A DNA stretch of 63,431 bases, filler included, from Actinobacteria bacterium UBA7524 (lineage in GTDB: Bacteria; Actinomycetota; Coriobacteriia; Anaerosomatales; UBA912), in NCBI GenBank assembly GCA_002478275.1. It is 3 parts of 3 records of this genome, joined end to end, with 100 filler letters (N's around TTAATTAATTAA, not from the genome) between each part and the next. Parts side by side here need not be neighbours in the genome. Positions count along the whole stretch, not along the records: positions 1 to 26,346 come from DLMY01000053.1; 2 more parts are not named here. One strand, given 5' to 3'. The position numbers and the translations under genes are program-made. This document shows, in pieces, positions 9,680 to 18,850 of the stretch. Positions within the stretch are counted from its first letter, which is position 1. Every line of letters begins with the position of its first letter. The notes beneath the pieces are model-generated. The model worked only from the letters and a program-made list of their open reading frames with translations. It was not told the origin of the DNA and searched no databases.

Positions 9680-10891
9680 ATGCCGCGCATATCGTTCGAT
9701 GGATTCAAGGACCCTGCCAGAAGGCCTCGCTTCGTCCTTTGGACCGGCACCGCAGTGCTGGGGTTGGTCGTGTTCGTCGTGGTGGCATTCGGGGTCACGT
9801 CCACGAAGTGGTTCTGCGCCGAGGTGTGTCACAACGTGCAGGCCGACACGATCACATCGCACGCCCGGTCTTCGCATTCGAACGTTTCGTGCATGGCATG
9901 TCATTCGCCGGTCAACGCCGATCCGATCACCTTCGCTTTCGGCAAGGCCAAGAAGCTGGGTGAGCTCTATCTGACCGCCACGGGCAACTATCACATCCCA
10001 CTGAACGCGACATCGCACTATGCGCTGACAGTGCCCGAGAAGCAGTGTACCCAGTGTCATTCGGCCAACAGACTGCCGACGCCTAGTATCGGCATCATCA
10101 TCGACCACGATATCCACTCTGAGAACGACGTGACGTGCACGATGTGTCACAACCGAGTAGCACATATCGAGGACTTCGAGTTGACGCTCACGGACCCCAA
10201 GACCGGAGAGCCGAGCTACAAGCACGATGACTGGATGCTGATGACCGCGTGTTTCCGTTGTCACAGCCACGATGACGACCCCAAGGCGCCCGGAGCTTGC
10301 GAAGCATGTCACCCGGCGGATTTCGAACTCAAGCCCGCGAATCACTTCGAGGAAGGCTTCTATCCCGCAGGACATGCGGAGATGGCACTCGCAGAGGTTG
10401 AGCGTGCCGCTGCCGCCGCAGCTGCGGCCGAGGAGCACGCGTCAGCGGCACGGAGCGCACGGTGGGCGGCCGGAGGGTCCGCGTATCTCCTTGGCATACA
10501 GCAGGCGCATGCTGCGGGCGGGGCCTCTGACAACCCGTGGGCGGAGTCCATCCCGAGCGTGGCTGAGATCAACTACTGCTCGACATGTCACGCCGAGAAG
10601 TTCTGCTCCGACTGTCACGGGCTGCCTATGCCGCACCCGGCGGACTTCCAGGAAGGGCACGGAGACTTGGGACGCAACGAGCCGGCGGTGTGTGCGACGT
10701 GCCACGCGAAGGGCGATGCGACAGGCACGCAGTTCTGCAACGCGTGCCATCACCCGGACGGCGATCCCACACTGCCGTGGATTCCTCAGCACTTCAATGC
10801 GGTCAAGGAGACCGGTGCCCAGGCGTGCTTCGATTGCCACGCACCCACGTTCTGCGCCGAGTGTCACGTGTCCACTTCACTAGGCCGGTGA
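9680..10891 (+). CDS. NapC/NirT-like membrane-anchored multiheme cytochrome c (11 CxxCH + 1 CxxxCH)
   Basis: TM helix followed by TSTKWFCAEVCH and SSHSNVSCMACH (NapC/NirT-like start), then further CxxCH motifs. Confidence 0.88.
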   Translation: MPRISFDGFKDPARRPRFVLWTGTAVLGLVVFVVVAFGVTSTKWFCAEVCHNVQADTITSHARSSHSNVSCMACHSPVNADPITFAFGKAKKLGELYLTATGNYHIPLNATSHYALTVPEKQCTQCHSANRLPTPSIGIIIDHDIHSENDVTCTMCHNRVAHIEDFELTLTDPKTGEPSYKHDDWMLMTACFRCHSHDDDPKAPGACEACHPADFELKPANHFEEGFYPAGHAEMALAEVERAAAAAAAAEEHASAARSARWAAGGSAYLLGIQQAHAAGGASDNPWAESIPSVAEINYCSTCHAEKFCSDCHGLPMPHPADFQEGHGDLGRNEPAVCATCHAKGDATGTQFCNACHHPDGDPTLPWIPQHFNAVKETGAQACFDCHAPTFCAECHVSTSLGR

Positions 10892-10904
10892 GCGGGCGAG
10901 CCGG

Positions 10905-11966
10905 ATGGGTGTGACGGACACTCCCCGCGGCGTACGGCCCCGTACGCTGTGGACCGCTATCGGCGTGATACTCGTGTGCGCGGCGCTTGCGTTCGCGTTA
11001 TGGTACCTCTCACAGCGCCGCAGCGGCCCGGCAGGTGTGGACTATAGACGCTTTCAGCCGGACTCCGTGGCAACGGTCTCGTTCGCGGGGCAGTTCCCGG
11101 ATGACGGGCGCCGGCTGCTCGAACGTCCTCTCGGTATCGACGGGGATGGCGATCGGCTGTATGTGGCACTCGCTGACTCTGGCACGATCGCTGTGTTCCG
11201 CTATGACGGGTCTGAGCTGGCGACACTCGTCGTCCCGCCCGCCGAAGGGGCTCCGGTCGCATATCCGGTGGACCTGCGCATCGATGACGACGGGTCGTTG
11301 CTGGTCGTGGATACCTCCGGACAGCGCGTCGTGAGGATGGATGCGCGGGACGGCAACGAACTCGCGGTACTCGGCGCACCGGCTGACGACGGTGCCGTCG
11401 GAGGTAGGGGCAGCTCTGCAAGCGGGCGCTCGGAGGGTACGCTCATCCAGCCCACAGCGATCGAGGTGCACGAGGGCACGGTCTTCGTGGCTGACGCGGG
11501 CGACTCGACAGTGAAGGTCTACGATTCTGGCGGGGAATTGGTCGGGGCCATCGGAGCGGGCATCGAACCTCCGTTGACGTTCGTGAGCGGGATGCGGGTC
11601 ATCGACGGAGTATTGTGGGTCTCGGACGCCAACGCAGGCAGAGCGATCGCGCTCGACCCGGGGAGCGGCTCGATGCAGGGTTCACTTCAGCGTCGCCTCG
11701 ACTTGCCCCGAGGAATCGCCGCCGACAGCGCTGGGCGGATCTTCGTGGTCGAGACGTTCGGCCGAGTCGTTCGGGTGTTCAGCCCCGAGGGCGATCGTGT
11801 GGTCGACGTGGTGGGAGATGCAGGCACCGAGGGCTACACTCGTGGAGGAGCCCTGAATTCTCCCGAGAAGGTTCTTTACGATGAGCGAAGCAACAGACTC
11901 TACGTGACCGATAGCGCTGCAGGCCGAGTGAAGGTCTACAACATCCGCAAGGAGGACGATCAGTGA
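10905..11966 (+). CDS. Membrane-anchored NHL-repeat beta-propeller protein
   Basis: TM helix; LERPLGI, LIQPTAI..VFVADAG, LDLPRGIAADSAGRIFV repeats. Confidence 0.85.
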   Translation: MGVTDTPRGVRPRTLWTAIGVILVCAALAFALWYLSQRRSGPAGVDYRRFQPDSVATVSFAGQFPDDGRRLLERPLGIDGDGDRLYVALADSGTIAVFRYDGSELATLVVPPAEGAPVAYPVDLRIDDDGSLLVVDTSGQRVVRMDARDGNELAVLGAPADDGAVGGRGSSASGRSEGTLIQPTAIEVHEGTVFVADAGDSTVKVYDSGGELVGAIGAGIEPPLTFVSGMRVIDGVLWVSDANAGRAIALDPGSGSMQGSLQRRLDLPRGIAADSAGRIFVVETFGRVVRVFSPEGDRVVDVVGDAGTEGYTRGGALNSPEKVLYDERSNRLYVTDSAAGRVKVYNIRKEDDQ

Positions 11967-12403
11967 AGCCACTATCGGCGCTCGGACTGCTGTTGACCGC
12001 AGCCTTCCTGGCCGTACTGGCGGCAGGGTGCTCCGAACCCGCCGCCCGTCAGCTGGATCCGCCTGCCGCATCGATCCAGGAGCTGCTCGAGCTTCGTGCT
12101 GAGCGATCGACGGACGCCTCGGCCTATGCTGAGTACTTCGCCTCCGTCGAAGTCGCCCAGGCGCTCGCGGAGTCCGCTGTCGAGGAGACCCAGGGTCCGC
12201 TCATACCCGAATGGGATGCGCCCTATGTCTCGCAGGAGGAGTCCGCCAGCGCAGATGTGGTCGTCGTGTGGCGCGATCTGGAGGACTGGCCGGACTGGCC
12301 TGTGGCGACGGTGTTTCGGATGACACTGCTTGACGACCGATGGGTCGCGGTCGATGCGACGGGCGTCGAAGGTACAGCCACCCCTCCGCCGCCGCGTGAG
12401 TGA
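11963..12403 (+). CDS. Putative lipoprotein
   Basis: Lipobox LAAGC; GTGA overlap with the upstream gene. Confidence 0.7.
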   Translation: MKPLSALGLLLTAAFLAVLAAGCSEPAARQLDPPAASIQELLELRAERSTDASAYAEYFASVEVAQALAESAVEETQGPLIPEWDAPYVSQEESASADVVVVWRDLEDWPDWPVATVFRMTLLDDRWVAVDATGVEGTATPPPPRE

Positions 12404-12603
12404 AGCCGTCTGTCACTGCGGTTGAGCCACCCATCCCTGAACGGGAATTAATGTCATCGCTGCTGTTTGTCACTCCGTGAACGAAGTATACTTGGGTTCA
12501 TAGAATGCCCGATTCCCAGCCTCTGTCGTGGAGTGTTCTGCAAGGGGATAGCGGGTACATCGCTTATACGACGGGTTTCGCGATCGAGCGAAGGAGCGCG
12601 AAG

Positions 12604-13266
12604 GTGACCGATTTCGCGAAAGTGCCTGAGGCGTCTATCTATAGGCTTGCCCTCTATCATTGCTTCGTGGGGGAGATGGTGCGCACCGGCGTGACCGGAC
12701 GCATCACGTCTCGTCAGATAGCCGAGGACCTGGGCATCAAGGAGGAGACAGTCAGGCGTGACCTGTCCTATATCGGCGGCGTCGGCCGCCCGGGCGCGGG
12801 TTACGAAGCAGGAGTGTTGTTCGACGCGCTCACGATCTTCCTGGGTCTGCACGACGATTACCCGATCGTCAAAGTGGGCACAGCGCAGATGCTTTCCGCC
12901 TTGCAGGTGGTCTTTCCCGCGCACGCTTATGGCGTGCGCCCGGCCGCGTACTACTCGGAGCTTCCAGAAGACGTCGGCAAAGTCGTCGACGATATCGAGA
13001 TCAAGCACATCACCGAGTTGCCGAAGATCGATCCTTCGCTGGGTGCCACGGTTGCGCTCGTGGCCTGTTCGCCGGGTTGGGTGCAGGTGATCATCGACAT
13101 GCTCTACGAGGGGGGCATTCGTGGCGTATTGCTGTTGACGCCGGCCATCCGTCTGGACAAACCGGAAGGTATGTACATCAACCAGGTGCGCATGCCGTGC
13201 GACATCAAGTCGTTGGCCTGCCGGTGTCAGGTGGTCCAGGGGTCCGTGGTGGAGTCCGGGGTCTAG
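12604..13266 (+). CDS. Divergent Rex-family transcriptional regulator
   Basis: VPEASIYRLALY...ITSRQIAEDLGIKEETVRRDLSYIGGVGRPGAGY Rex DNA-binding domain; C-domain lacks GxGxxG; AAGGAG RBS before GTG 12604. Confidence 0.8.
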   Translation: MTDFAKVPEASIYRLALYHCFVGEMVRTGVTGRITSRQIAEDLGIKEETVRRDLSYIGGVGRPGAGYEAGVLFDALTIFLGLHDDYPIVKVGTAQMLSALQVVFPAHAYGVRPAAYYSELPEDVGKVVDDIEIKHITELPKIDPSLGATVALVACSPGWVQVIIDMLYEGGIRGVLLLTPAIRLDKPEGMYINQVRMPCDIKSLACRCQVVQGSVVESGV

Positions 13267-13270
13267 CTCG

Positions 13271-13852
13271 CTATTCGGGCTTGAGCCAGAACCACTGCTC
13301 GAATACGTCTGCGGCGAGCTGCTCATCCGATTCCCAGCCGGACCCGGGGGACAGCGCGATAACGAGTACTTCCTTGCCCGAGGTCCGCACCAGGTGATAG
13401 GCGCCTGAGAACTCGGCTCCTTCGGAGTCCACCCCTTCGACCCCGATACGAGTTCCGGGTCGTCCGCCTATGGTGACTTCTTCGGGGTCGCTGGTTTCGT
13501 ACGACTCCCACTCGCGGTTCTCGGCCCTCAGGGCGATGATGTCGGTGACGCGGTCTTCGACCGGTGTCGACGTGTCTTCAGGCGTGCCGGAATACACAAG
13601 GATGGAAAGTGATTCGAGAGAGCCGCTTTCCGGCAACTCCTTCGCTGCATAGACAGCGATGAGGTCGGCGGTGACGTTGCTTTGCCATGAGCCCGGTACC
13701 TTGAAGTGGAACAGGCCACTGGGGTCAGTGACCGTCTTGGGCTGTTCTTGCTCGAAGAACGAGCACCCAGAGGCAAGGGAAAGAAGGAGGCCGAGGGCAC
13801 AAAGAGCGGCGATCGCCGCAACGGTACGAGGTCGTGAGAGGTGTCGCGTCAT
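13271..13852 (-). CDS. Putative lipoprotein (PsbP/DcrB-like)
   Basis: Lipobox LASGC; FHFKVPGSW, VTIGGRPG. Confidence 0.7.
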   Translation of the reverse strand: MTRHLSRPRTVAAIAALCALGLLLSLASGCSFFEQEQPKTVTDPSGLFHFKVPGSWQSNVTADLIAVYAAKELPESGSLESLSILVYSGTPEDTSTPVEDRVTDIIALRAENREWESYETSDPEEVTIGGRPGTRIGVEGVDSEGAEFSGAYHLVRTSGKEVLVIALSPGSGWESDEQLAADVFEQWFWLKPE

Positions 13853-13920
13853 CGGTCCTCCATACGGTATTGTTCAGTGACGAAGTGTCGTTTGTGGCAG
13901 GAAGTGCGACGTTCCGGCAT

Positions 13921-13949
13921 TTGACTGTGTCATGGTAGCAGAGTACGCT
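13921..13949 (+). promoter_or_regulatory. Putative sigma70-type promoter
   Basis: TTGACT-N17-TACGCT just upstream of the 13963 cytochrome. Confidence 0.45.
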
Positions 13950-13962
13950 CCCAGAGATAGAT

Positions 13963-14982
13963 ATGCAAATCACTAACTCCCCGCCCCAGGTCTCAAAGCC
14001 ACAGGTGAAGCGCACGCGCGTGCCTCAGCGAGCCTTCGCTGTTGTCGCGATGTCCCTCGTAGTCCTTGGCGTGCTGCTGCTCTCTGCGGGCGCTGCCGTT
14101 CGTGTCGTGGACTGCAGGTTATGCCACACTATGCGCCCGTACGTCGAGGCGCACGCGGACTCCGGTCACGCCGGTCTTGAGTGTGCCGACTGCCATGCGA
14201 ACCGTTCGTTCACGGGACTGTTGACTGACGGAGTCAGGGCTGCCAGATGGGTAGCGTTTGAGCCGTTCGTTCTCGAACCGCCGGTCGCCATGGGTTCGGA
14301 TGCGCGCTGTCGCGGATGCCATGCAGAAGTCCTCGAGCAGGTGATCGTCAGGTCGGTGAGGGTCCGGCATGCCGACTTCGCCGAGGAATCATGCGCGACC
14401 TGCCATAGCGGGAGCGCGCATGAGGTCGACACCAGACGTTACGTCGGTTCTCAGATGGACGACTGCATGTCATGCCACAGGGCGAGCATCCAGACCCCGG
14501 GAACCTGCGAGACCTGTCACCCCCCTGAGACCCAGAAGGGCAGACGCGACAGGCCCACCGCGTGGAGGGCAAGTCACGGGCCGGGATGGGAAAGCGCACA
14601 CGGCATGGGCGAGCTCACCGGATGTCCGGCGTGTCACACGCCGCCTATGTGCGCGAAGTGTCATGGCATGCCACTGCCTCACCCGCCGACGTGGTCCCGG
14701 GTGCACGGACGTGAACTCAGATCCGCTGACCGGGAGAAGTGCTACACGTGCCACGATTCAGAATGGTGTGCCAGCTGCCACGGGGTGGATATGCCGCACC
14801 AAGAGGGCTTCCTGCGCGTGCACGGACCTGAGGCGAAGGACAAGGAGCGGGTCTGCACCAAGTGCCATTCGGTCCAGAACTGCGATGCGTGCCATGCTGC
14901 TTCGGGACACCAGGAATACCATACGGTCGGGCAGAGTCCTGTCGGCCAGGGTGACGTCGGCGGTGATACCGATGCTCGATGA
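13963..14982 (+). CDS. Membrane-anchored dodecaheme cytochrome c
   Basis: N-terminal hydrophobic segment; 12 CxxCH; HGxxMPH repeats shared with the 9680 protein. Confidence 0.88.
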   Translation: MQITNSPPQVSKPQVKRTRVPQRAFAVVAMSLVVLGVLLLSAGAAVRVVDCRLCHTMRPYVEAHADSGHAGLECADCHANRSFTGLLTDGVRAARWVAFEPFVLEPPVAMGSDARCRGCHAEVLEQVIVRSVRVRHADFAEESCATCHSGSAHEVDTRRYVGSQMDDCMSCHRASIQTPGTCETCHPPETQKGRRDRPTAWRASHGPGWESAHGMGELTGCPACHTPPMCAKCHGMPLPHPPTWSRVHGRELRSADREKCYTCHDSEWCASCHGVDMPHQEGFLRVHGPEAKDKERVCTKCHSVQNCDACHAASGHQEYHTVGQSPVGQGDVGGDTDAR

Positions 14983-16105
14983 GCGGATCGCCGAGTTCCT
15001 GATGCGGATGCGTGCCGGGTTCGAGAGCCTGGCTGCTCAGATACCGCGGATACTGGCTGATCCGCGCGCCTATCAGCGTGAGTCGATGATGCTGGCCCTG
15101 GCGGCTGTGCTGTTGGTGCTCATGGTCGTCTTCATCCTCTATGCGCTCTACGATGCGATCGATACGTGGCGCACGCGCAGGCGGATGGGACTTTCGGTCA
15201 AGCGCAGGAACCGCTTCGTTCGCCTGGCGCCTCCGTTCGTGGTCCTGGTAGCCGCCGTCTTCCTGCTCGCTATCGCACCGCTGGTGCCGGCCACGGGCGC
15301 GGCGTGCGGTACGTGCCATGCGGTCAGCGAAGCGGTGGCGCGCTGGGAGTCGGGTAGCCACTCGGAGACGTCGTGTTACGGGTGTCATGCGGCCCCGGGG
15401 GTCAGTGGCGCACTCGCTGCCTCGTTCGCGGGCGTGCGCAACATAGGCAGAGCTTCCTCGGACGGTGCGGTCCGCTCAGGCGTCAACGACGCAGGTTGTC
15501 TGCAGTGTCACGTCTCGGTCCGCTCCGGGATCGTCGAGGGTGCGGTGAGGATGCGGCACTCGGATGTGATCGAGGCTCGCATGCAGTGCACGTCGTGTCA
15601 TTCGCGAGTGGGGCACGCCGAGAGCCAGGACGCGGGTCTTGGAGACCAGCGCATGACGCGGCATATCATGTCGATATGCCTGACATGCCACGACGGGGTC
15701 ACGGCTCGCTCCGACTGTGACATCTGTCATGACGGGCGTCCGCTCGATAGGGCGACGACCGTGAGTGGCGGCGTCACTCCTGTGCAAGTCGGCTGCAAGG
15801 GGTGTCATACCTCGACCACCGAGAGGGTCTGCGTGGATTGCCACGGACTCGAGTTGCCGCACCCGCCGGTGTTCATGCGGCGGCACGCGGCGATGTCCTC
15901 GGATGACCCCGGTCTGTGCGCGCGGTGTCACTCGGGCGCTTCGTCGAGGCTTATCTGTGCTTGCCACACCGAGACGAATGTACACGGTTCGTACAGTGTG
16001 TGGTTCCCTGTCCATGGACCGGCCGCAAGTTCGACAGGACCCGGAGGCTGCAACTGTCACCGCGGCGCGTTCTGCGGGAAGTGCCACGACAGACCACCGT
16101 TCTGA
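14972..16105 (+). CDS. Two-TM multiheme cytochrome c (10 CxxCH + 2 CxCH)
   Basis: Start MLDERIAEF overlapping the upstream stop; two TM helices; 10 CxxCH plus ICACH and GCNCH. Confidence 0.87.
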   Translation: MLDERIAEFLMRMRAGFESLAAQIPRILADPRAYQRESMMLALAAVLLVLMVVFILYALYDAIDTWRTRRRMGLSVKRRNRFVRLAPPFVVLVAAVFLLAIAPLVPATGAACGTCHAVSEAVARWESGSHSETSCYGCHAAPGVSGALAASFAGVRNIGRASSDGAVRSGVNDAGCLQCHVSVRSGIVEGAVRMRHSDVIEARMQCTSCHSRVGHAESQDAGLGDQRMTRHIMSICLTCHDGVTARSDCDICHDGRPLDRATTVSGGVTPVQVGCKGCHTSTTERVCVDCHGLELPHPPVFMRRHAAMSSDDPGLCARCHSGASSRLICACHTETNVHGSYSVWFPVHGPAASSTGPGGCNCHRGAFCGKCHDRPPF

Positions 16106-16181
16106 GCGGCACCATCGCGGATACCGCGGAATGGAGCTTGAGCTACGGCGTGGCAGTTGCTAGGATAGCGAACGGTAAGGA

Positions 16182-16199
16182 TTGTTAATCAATTAACGA
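16182..16199 (+). promoter_or_regulatory. Rex-like operator
   Basis: TTGTTAA-TCAA-TTAACGA; 13/14 match to TTGTTAA-N4-TTAACAA; AT-rich spot in a GC-rich region. Confidence 0.65.
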
Positions 16200-16261
16200 A
16201 GTTACCCCAGTGGGTATCGGTGGCGCCGATGAGCGGCGCCGTACAGAAGTGAGGTGTCGCG

Positions 16262-16975
16262 GTGAGTCCTGAAGTGCCCAAGGTGAAAGCGCCTAAGGTC
16301 AAAAGGGTCAAGACCACCACAAGCAAGGCGGTCTACGTATTGCTCGGGCTGATCGTCGTACTCCTCGGCGTCGTACTCGTCATGCTGTTCGGCAGCCCGT
16401 TGTTCGACACTCAGCCGCGTACCGACCTTGAGCGCGACTACCAGCAGCTGGTACAAGGTCTCAGGGACAACCCGGACAATCCCGCCATCCTCATGACGCT
16501 TGCCGAGGTCGAGTACCTGATGGGCAAGAAGGCCGACGCGTTCGATCACGCGGCCCGGGCCGCCGAGGTCGCCACTTCGAGTGCCGGCATCCCGATGCGC
16601 TATTCGCAGTTGCTGCTCCAGGAGGAGCGTTACGACGAAGCACTCGAATGGATAGACAAGGACATCGAGCTTCGCGAAGAGCATAAGTCCGCAGAGCCGA
16701 AATTCATCAAGTCGCAGATACTGTGGGCGACAGGCGAGCGCGAAGAGGCGATCGACCTCCTCGGCAGGGCTCTTGAGATCGGGTACGTCGCCGCCGACAT
16801 GCGCATCATCTACGCCGAGTGGCTTGCCGAGGAAGGGCGCGACGAGGAAGCCATCGAGCAGTACCGGCGCGCGTTACGGATGCTACCCGGTGATGAACGG
16901 GCGATAAAGGGGCTCGAGGCGCTCGGCGAGACGTACGAGGAGACCGACACGGTCGATCCGCACAGCGCGCCGTAG
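16262..16975 (+). CDS. Membrane-anchored tetratricopeptide repeat protein
   Basis: GAGGTG RBS; TM helix; TPR-like helices. Confidence 0.8.
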   Translation: MSPEVPKVKAPKVKRVKTTTSKAVYVLLGLIVVLLGVVLVMLFGSPLFDTQPRTDLERDYQQLVQGLRDNPDNPAILMTLAEVEYLMGKKADAFDHAARAAEVATSSAGIPMRYSQLLLQEERYDEALEWIDKDIELREEHKSAEPKFIKSQILWATGEREEAIDLLGRALEIGYVAADMRIIYAEWLAEEGRDEEAIEQYRRALRMLPGDERAIKGLEALGETYEETDTVDPHSAP

Positions 16976-17024
16976 CATACGATCCGCATCCGACCCTATC
17001 GAGCCGACCAAGGAGTCTTCGACC

Positions 17025-18530
17025 ATGAACAACAGCAAGCGCCTGTGGATCGTCGCGGCCATCGTCTTGCTTCTGCTGCTGGCTCTAGCCGCGTTCTTCT
17101 TCTGGCTGACCGGCGGTCAGGACCGCTCGGGAGAGAACGTGCCCGGGCGCGAGGAGGGCCTGATACACGTCAAGAGCATCTACGTGTTCGACACCAACCG
17201 TAACCTGGTCAAGCCGGTCGGTATCGGTGCGGACCGTAACGGCAACTTCTTCGTGACCCTGCGTGACTCTGCCGTAGTCGTCCAGTTCGACCGTAACGGC
17301 AACTACGTCAGCCATTTCGGAGAGCGTGGGCTTGCCGTGGGCAACATGATGGTCCCGCTCGGCACCGCAGTCGATTCGCTGGCCGGACACGTCTACGTGG
17401 TGGACCGCTCCCGCTTCAGACTGATCTGCTTCAGCACCCAGGGTGAGTACCTGTGGGAGGTCACGCTGCTCAATCCACTCAACGTCGTCGTCGGTCCGGA
17501 CGGGGATGTCTACGTCCTGACCTTCGGGCCGATAGTGCATCTGACCGCCCAGGGCGAGCTCGTGCAGGAAGTGGGGTCGCGCGGGTTCTCCGAAGGCCAG
17601 TTCGACTTCCCGAGAGGAGCGGTGGCGCTTGCCGATGATGAGCTGATCATCGCTGACACCAACAACACGCGATTGCAGCGCGTCAAGCTGTCCGGTGAAC
17701 TCACTGCCACAGTCGAATGGGTAGAGGGAACCCCTCCGCGCTTCCAGGACGACCCCAACACGCGGTTCGGCCTGCCGACGGGTGTGGCGGTCGACGGGCG
17801 AGGACGCATCGTCGTGATGGACGGATTCCGCCACACACTCGAGATGCTCGATCCCGAGACCCGCGAGGTACTCACCGACTTCGGCGGCGAACGTGAAGGC
17901 AACTCGGCCGGTATGTTCAACCTGCCGACGGGCATCGTGCGCCTCTACGGCGACACCTACGCCGTGACCGACACGTTCAACGACCGCGTTCAGATCATCC
18001 GCCTGATCGCTCCGGGTGACCGTAACCCGCTCACGCTCTATCCGTGGCTCAAGTGGCTGCTCCCGCTGCTTCTGCTCCCGCTGCTCCTGCTGTTCGGGCG
18101 CAAGCGCATCTTCGTCACCGAAGAGACGCTCGAACGTGCCCTCGACGAAGGCAAGGCACGCCTCGTGATCGGCGTGTATCGCAAGCTCCATGCGCTTCCC
18201 GAGGTGGTCGATCGATTCGCAGACACTATGGAAGTCGACGTGCGGATGGGCGACTTCCTGGTACCCGTCCAGATCGCCGAGGAGACCTCTGGGGACGTCG
18301 AGCCGGATGCCGCCGCGCCCGAGACCACGTCTGCCGAGGAGATGCTCGCCCGTGCGGCGGAGCGCAGCAGGATAGAGCGCTTGCTGCTCAGGCGTCATCT
18401 GATCGTATGCGCCGACCCTGCTCAGTGCACGCGGGTCGAGGAACTTAAGGGCAAGCCGGTTTCTTACGAGGAGCTGCTGGAGGAGTACGCCATTGCTGAG
18501 GAAGCTGCGGAGGCGCCTGCTCAGGAGTAG
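17025..18530 (+). CDS. NHL-repeat beta-propeller protein with two TM helices and a cytoplasmic C-terminal domain
   Basis: AAGGAG RBS; FDFPRG, FGLPTGVAVD, FNLPTGI repeats; second TM WLLPLLLLPLLLLF. Confidence 0.85.
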   Translation: MNNSKRLWIVAAIVLLLLLALAAFFFWLTGGQDRSGENVPGREEGLIHVKSIYVFDTNRNLVKPVGIGADRNGNFFVTLRDSAVVVQFDRNGNYVSHFGERGLAVGNMMVPLGTAVDSLAGHVYVVDRSRFRLICFSTQGEYLWEVTLLNPLNVVVGPDGDVYVLTFGPIVHLTAQGELVQEVGSRGFSEGQFDFPRGAVALADDELIIADTNNTRLQRVKLSGELTATVEWVEGTPPRFQDDPNTRFGLPTGVAVDGRGRIVVMDGFRHTLEMLDPETREVLTDFGGEREGNSAGMFNLPTGIVRLYGDTYAVTDTFNDRVQIIRLIAPGDRNPLTLYPWLKWLLPLLLLPLLLLFGRKRIFVTEETLERALDEGKARLVIGVYRKLHALPEVVDRFADTMEVDVRMGDFLVPVQIAEETSGDVEPDAAAPETTSAEEMLARAAERSRIERLLLRRHLIVCADPAQCTRVEELKGKPVSYEELLEEYAIAEEAAEAPAQE

Positions 18531-18557
18531 GCCCGCACGCGACAGCGGTACGCCACA

Positions 18558-18594
18558 AGGACGCCCGGGATCGAACCCGGGCGTCCTCTTCTTT
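18558..18594 (+). terminator. Intrinsic terminator
   Basis: AGGACGCCCGGG-ATCGAA-CCCGGGCGTCCT, 12-bp stem followed by CTTCTTT. Confidence 0.75.
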
Positions 18595-18678
18595 GCGGGA
18601 GGGGGGGCGTCGCAGTGCATAAGACAGAGTGATACAACGCATGGAGATTATGTATAGTTAGTGAAACTGAACGAAGAA

Positions 18679-18738
18679 TTGACGTCTGTTAGTGAATGCA
18701 CTAACATGGCAGTAAGTCGGAAGTGCGTTCATTCACAA
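18679..18738 (+). promoter_or_regulatory. Sigma70-type promoter with an overlapping palindrome and a downstream Rex-like box
   Basis: TTGACG(18679)-N17-TAACAT(18702); TGTTAGTG-AATG-CACTAACA at 18687-18706; AAGTGCG-TTCA-TTCACAA at 18721-18738. Confidence 0.6.
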
Positions 18739-18850
18739 GGGGTTGATTTCTTTCGACTGACCGGCGCCGTAAGGCGCTATCCAGGTCAGGGAGGGAGGTG
18801 TGCAACGAATGACCACCAGTATTCGAACAAACAACAAGGAGGGACACGTA

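Noticed and set aside
14369..14971. N-terminal 201 aa of the 578-aa ORF
   Set aside because: Shadow frame over the 13963 cytochrome; the real start is 14972
18564..18581. tRNA T-arm-like GGTTCGATCCC on the minus strand
   Set aside because: No cloverleaf around it; it is part of a terminator stem. No tRNA-Sec was seen in the window.
17085..18620. Long antisense ORFs (also 33297-34280, 39999-41114, 57088-58470 and others)
   Set aside because: Typical high-GC mirror ORFs opposite well-supported genes, with no recognisable motifs
18750..18800. Cyclic dinucleotide (GEMM) riboswitch in the cytochrome leaders, as for Geobacter omcS
   Set aside because: Only a single GNRA hairpin; I could not identify the two-stem GEMM consensus. 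An Infernal scan would settle it.
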